64,000 nucleotides of DNA. Origin: Folioceros fuciformis. Its lineage: Eukaryota. The stretch is from positions 205,818 to 269,817 of the forward strand of contig JBNGIO010006274.1 of the NCBI GenBank assembly GCA_049999805.1. The letters are read 5' to 3'. A model generated the notes under the pieces. The model saw only the letters and a list, made by a program, of their open reading frames with translations. It did no database searches and had not been told where the DNA came from. Below are positions 61,806 to 64,000 of this stretch, piece after piece (within the stretch, counting starts at the first letter, position 1; each line of letters starts with the position of its first letter). A program made the position numbers and the translations under genes.

Positions 61806-64000
61806 ACCTACCCCACCCTGCCCGGGCTTGGCGGACGCGGAGACGCTGGATAAAGATCCGGGATGATAACACTGTCGACTCATCCCCCCCCGCTTCCATT
61901 CCTTCTGCCTTCCCACTTGGGACGTTGCCACACACCACCTGGCTCCATGCTGCCTCCTGCTGCTCTGTGCTCTGTGCCTGCCGCCGACGCTCACGGATGC
62001 TTTGTTGTCAAGAAATAGACTGACTTTACTACTCAAGGCCACCACTGCACTGCTCTGCTCTGCACTCATCGGGTTTTTGCAGTTGGCAGTCGAGTCTGCG
62101 AGTCTGGAGGGAAGGAGGGAGGGCCGCTTTGCGGGGTTGCCGGGAAGCACTCGCACCACTGACTGACCGACCGGCATGCAGGGAAGCTCGGCTGAGGATG
62201 CGGATGCGGATGCGGCTTCCGGCTTGGGGCTTCGGGTCCCGTCCCGGCTTGGGTCAGGTCAGCGAAGCCGTCGCTCCCGCCTACCGCTGCTTCTCGTTGT
62301 GTGCGCACACTGCAGCAGGTCATCCTAAGAGCAAGAGCGACGGGGGCGGAGGCTGGCCACTGCAGTTGCAGCTGCAACTGGCTGGCAGGTAAGCCGGCCA
62401 AGCACGCAGGCCCGAGGCAGGCGGGCAGGCAGGCAGTCAGTCAGGCAGTCAGGCAGGCAGGCACGCGATCTTGTTGTCTGCGTTGCTGCTGTTGCTGCTA
62501 CTGCCGCACCCTTGCGTCGCATCGCCTAGTTGCCATTGCCATCTCTTCCTTCGGACACCGGTTCGGGGTCCGGGCTCAGGTTCGGGCCGCGTCGGGTCGG
62601 GGTCGGTTCGGTTCGGTTCGGTTGAACCGTCTCCTGTCTGTCTGCCTGCCTGCTCGCCCGCCTGCCAGCCTGCCCGCCTGCCCACCTGCCGTTGCGTTGT
62701 TTCGCTTTGCCCTTGCGTTTCTCTTGGCAACCCTCTTCTTCCCGGATCGTCTTACCGTCTGTTTACCACCCCAACCTCAACTTTACTGCTCTGTACTCCA
62801 TTCCGTTTTCCACTATTCATACGGATATACTTTTTTTATGTGCCAGGGCGGCCTCTGCCTGCCTCTTGGACCTTCCGCCACGCTCTCACTCGTGCCCTTG
62901 CCAAACTTGTTGTTAGCCCTTCAGATAGCGCTTGCGACATCCCCAATTCCCAACCCACTATCCCCCGCGCCCACGCATACCACCGCTCGGTTTACGCTTC
63001 CCGAACTCGCCGTATTTAGTGCGCTCGTGGCCCCTTCGTCACCAAAATGGCAAATCCACCGGCTGTGCTGCCCTCATGCACTCTGTCACGACAAATGTCT
63101 CAACCTCACCTCCCGTCGGGTCCTTGTCTATTTCCGAACCTTCATCACTTACACGCCATCTCTTTTGGCATCTCGTAATCTCATGTTTGATCATTGGGCA
63201 TGCAATTGGAAATCGCGATACCTTTTGAACCACGGGAAAATAGTGTCACTTCCTACTGCTATTGATGACTAAACATATGCCGAGGAATATTTGTCCCCTA
63301 ACCAAATCAAGGACCAGCAAGTTAAAAAAGAAAAAGAAAAAGGCACATACACAATGAAAGCTACCATTCAATCCTTGATTTTACCAAGTCATGACCAAGG
63401 TCAATGACCTTACATGATCCAATGTCACCTTTTCTTTACTATCTACTAATTGACTAACTAATGGTCCAAGTTTACTAGTTTTCAAAGCTAGGACTCAAAG
63501 CTCACTCGTACAACAAATAGAACTTTTCTTCTATCTCTATACATATATGCAACATTGGTGTACTAATCTATGAAGGTCTATGCAATATCACATTTTATTG
63601 AAGGAACCAAAACAAGCTTAAAGTTTAGGGTTTAGGGTCTAGTCACACTAAATAACTACCAAACCCATCATGTTGTAATTGCTACTCATCACTCTTGCTC
63701 TTGTGCATGTTCTTCTTGTTGTTAACAAGCTCAAATGTACCTCATCCTAAGTAATCCACAATACCCTCTCAAGTCCACTCCTTTATAGGTTGGATAGACT
63801 TTTATCCCTTGCCATGGAGACCCACAAGTCCATGTGCAAGGCATTTTCCAAGTTTCAGAAGACTCGCACCAAAGGGAAGGTGTTTCATACTAGAAAATAT
63901 GTGCTTGGTCTTGAAAAAACAAAAAACCTAAGTCCTATTCCAAGTGTCTAGTAGTATGATTCTGCCAAAAGCAAGCTAATGGTTGTCACTGAGCCTTAAT

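Noticed and set aside
62301-63272. 323-aa ORF and neighbouring ORFs in 60400-63200
   Set aside because: Built from microsatellite translations, non-ATG start, no domain signature.
63624-63638. TTTAGGG x2 telomere-like motif (single copies also at 7681, 41069, 55681)
   Set aside because: Too short for an interstitial telomeric array; at most telo-box-like.

Overview
Gene-dense land-plant nuclear DNA with short (~70-120 nt) spliceosomal introns, GC-rich genes and AT-rich, repeat-containing spacers; a hornwort-like or other compact non-seed-plant genome is my inference. There are several N gaps. Genes in order: 3' end of an unidentified (possibly VPS9a-like) gene (+), RAB6-interacting golgin/DUF662 (-), KIN14B-interacting At4g14310-like (+), PIAL-type SP-RING SUMO ligase (-), an intron-containing bacterial-type 3D-domain gene (+), a YqaJ/lambda-exonuclease-like gene (-), EPSIN2/3-like (-), CLASP (+), DUF3754 (+), serine acetyltransferase (+), peroxisomal LACS6/7 (-), an RLCK-XI-like kinase with a split catalytic domain (-), a decayed PIF/Harbinger transposase (-), an intronless truncated PABP-like ORF (-) and DUF506 (-). 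The best finding is the six-exon gene at 11908-13011, which the ORF track does not show. It encodes an intact 3D (three-Asp, MltA-like peptidoglycan lytic transglycosylase) domain protein and sits next to a phage-type exonuclease gene. Second is a candidate spliced, non-AUG upstream peptide ORF in the DUF506 leader. All family calls rest on motif recognition and manual splicing; no searches were run.
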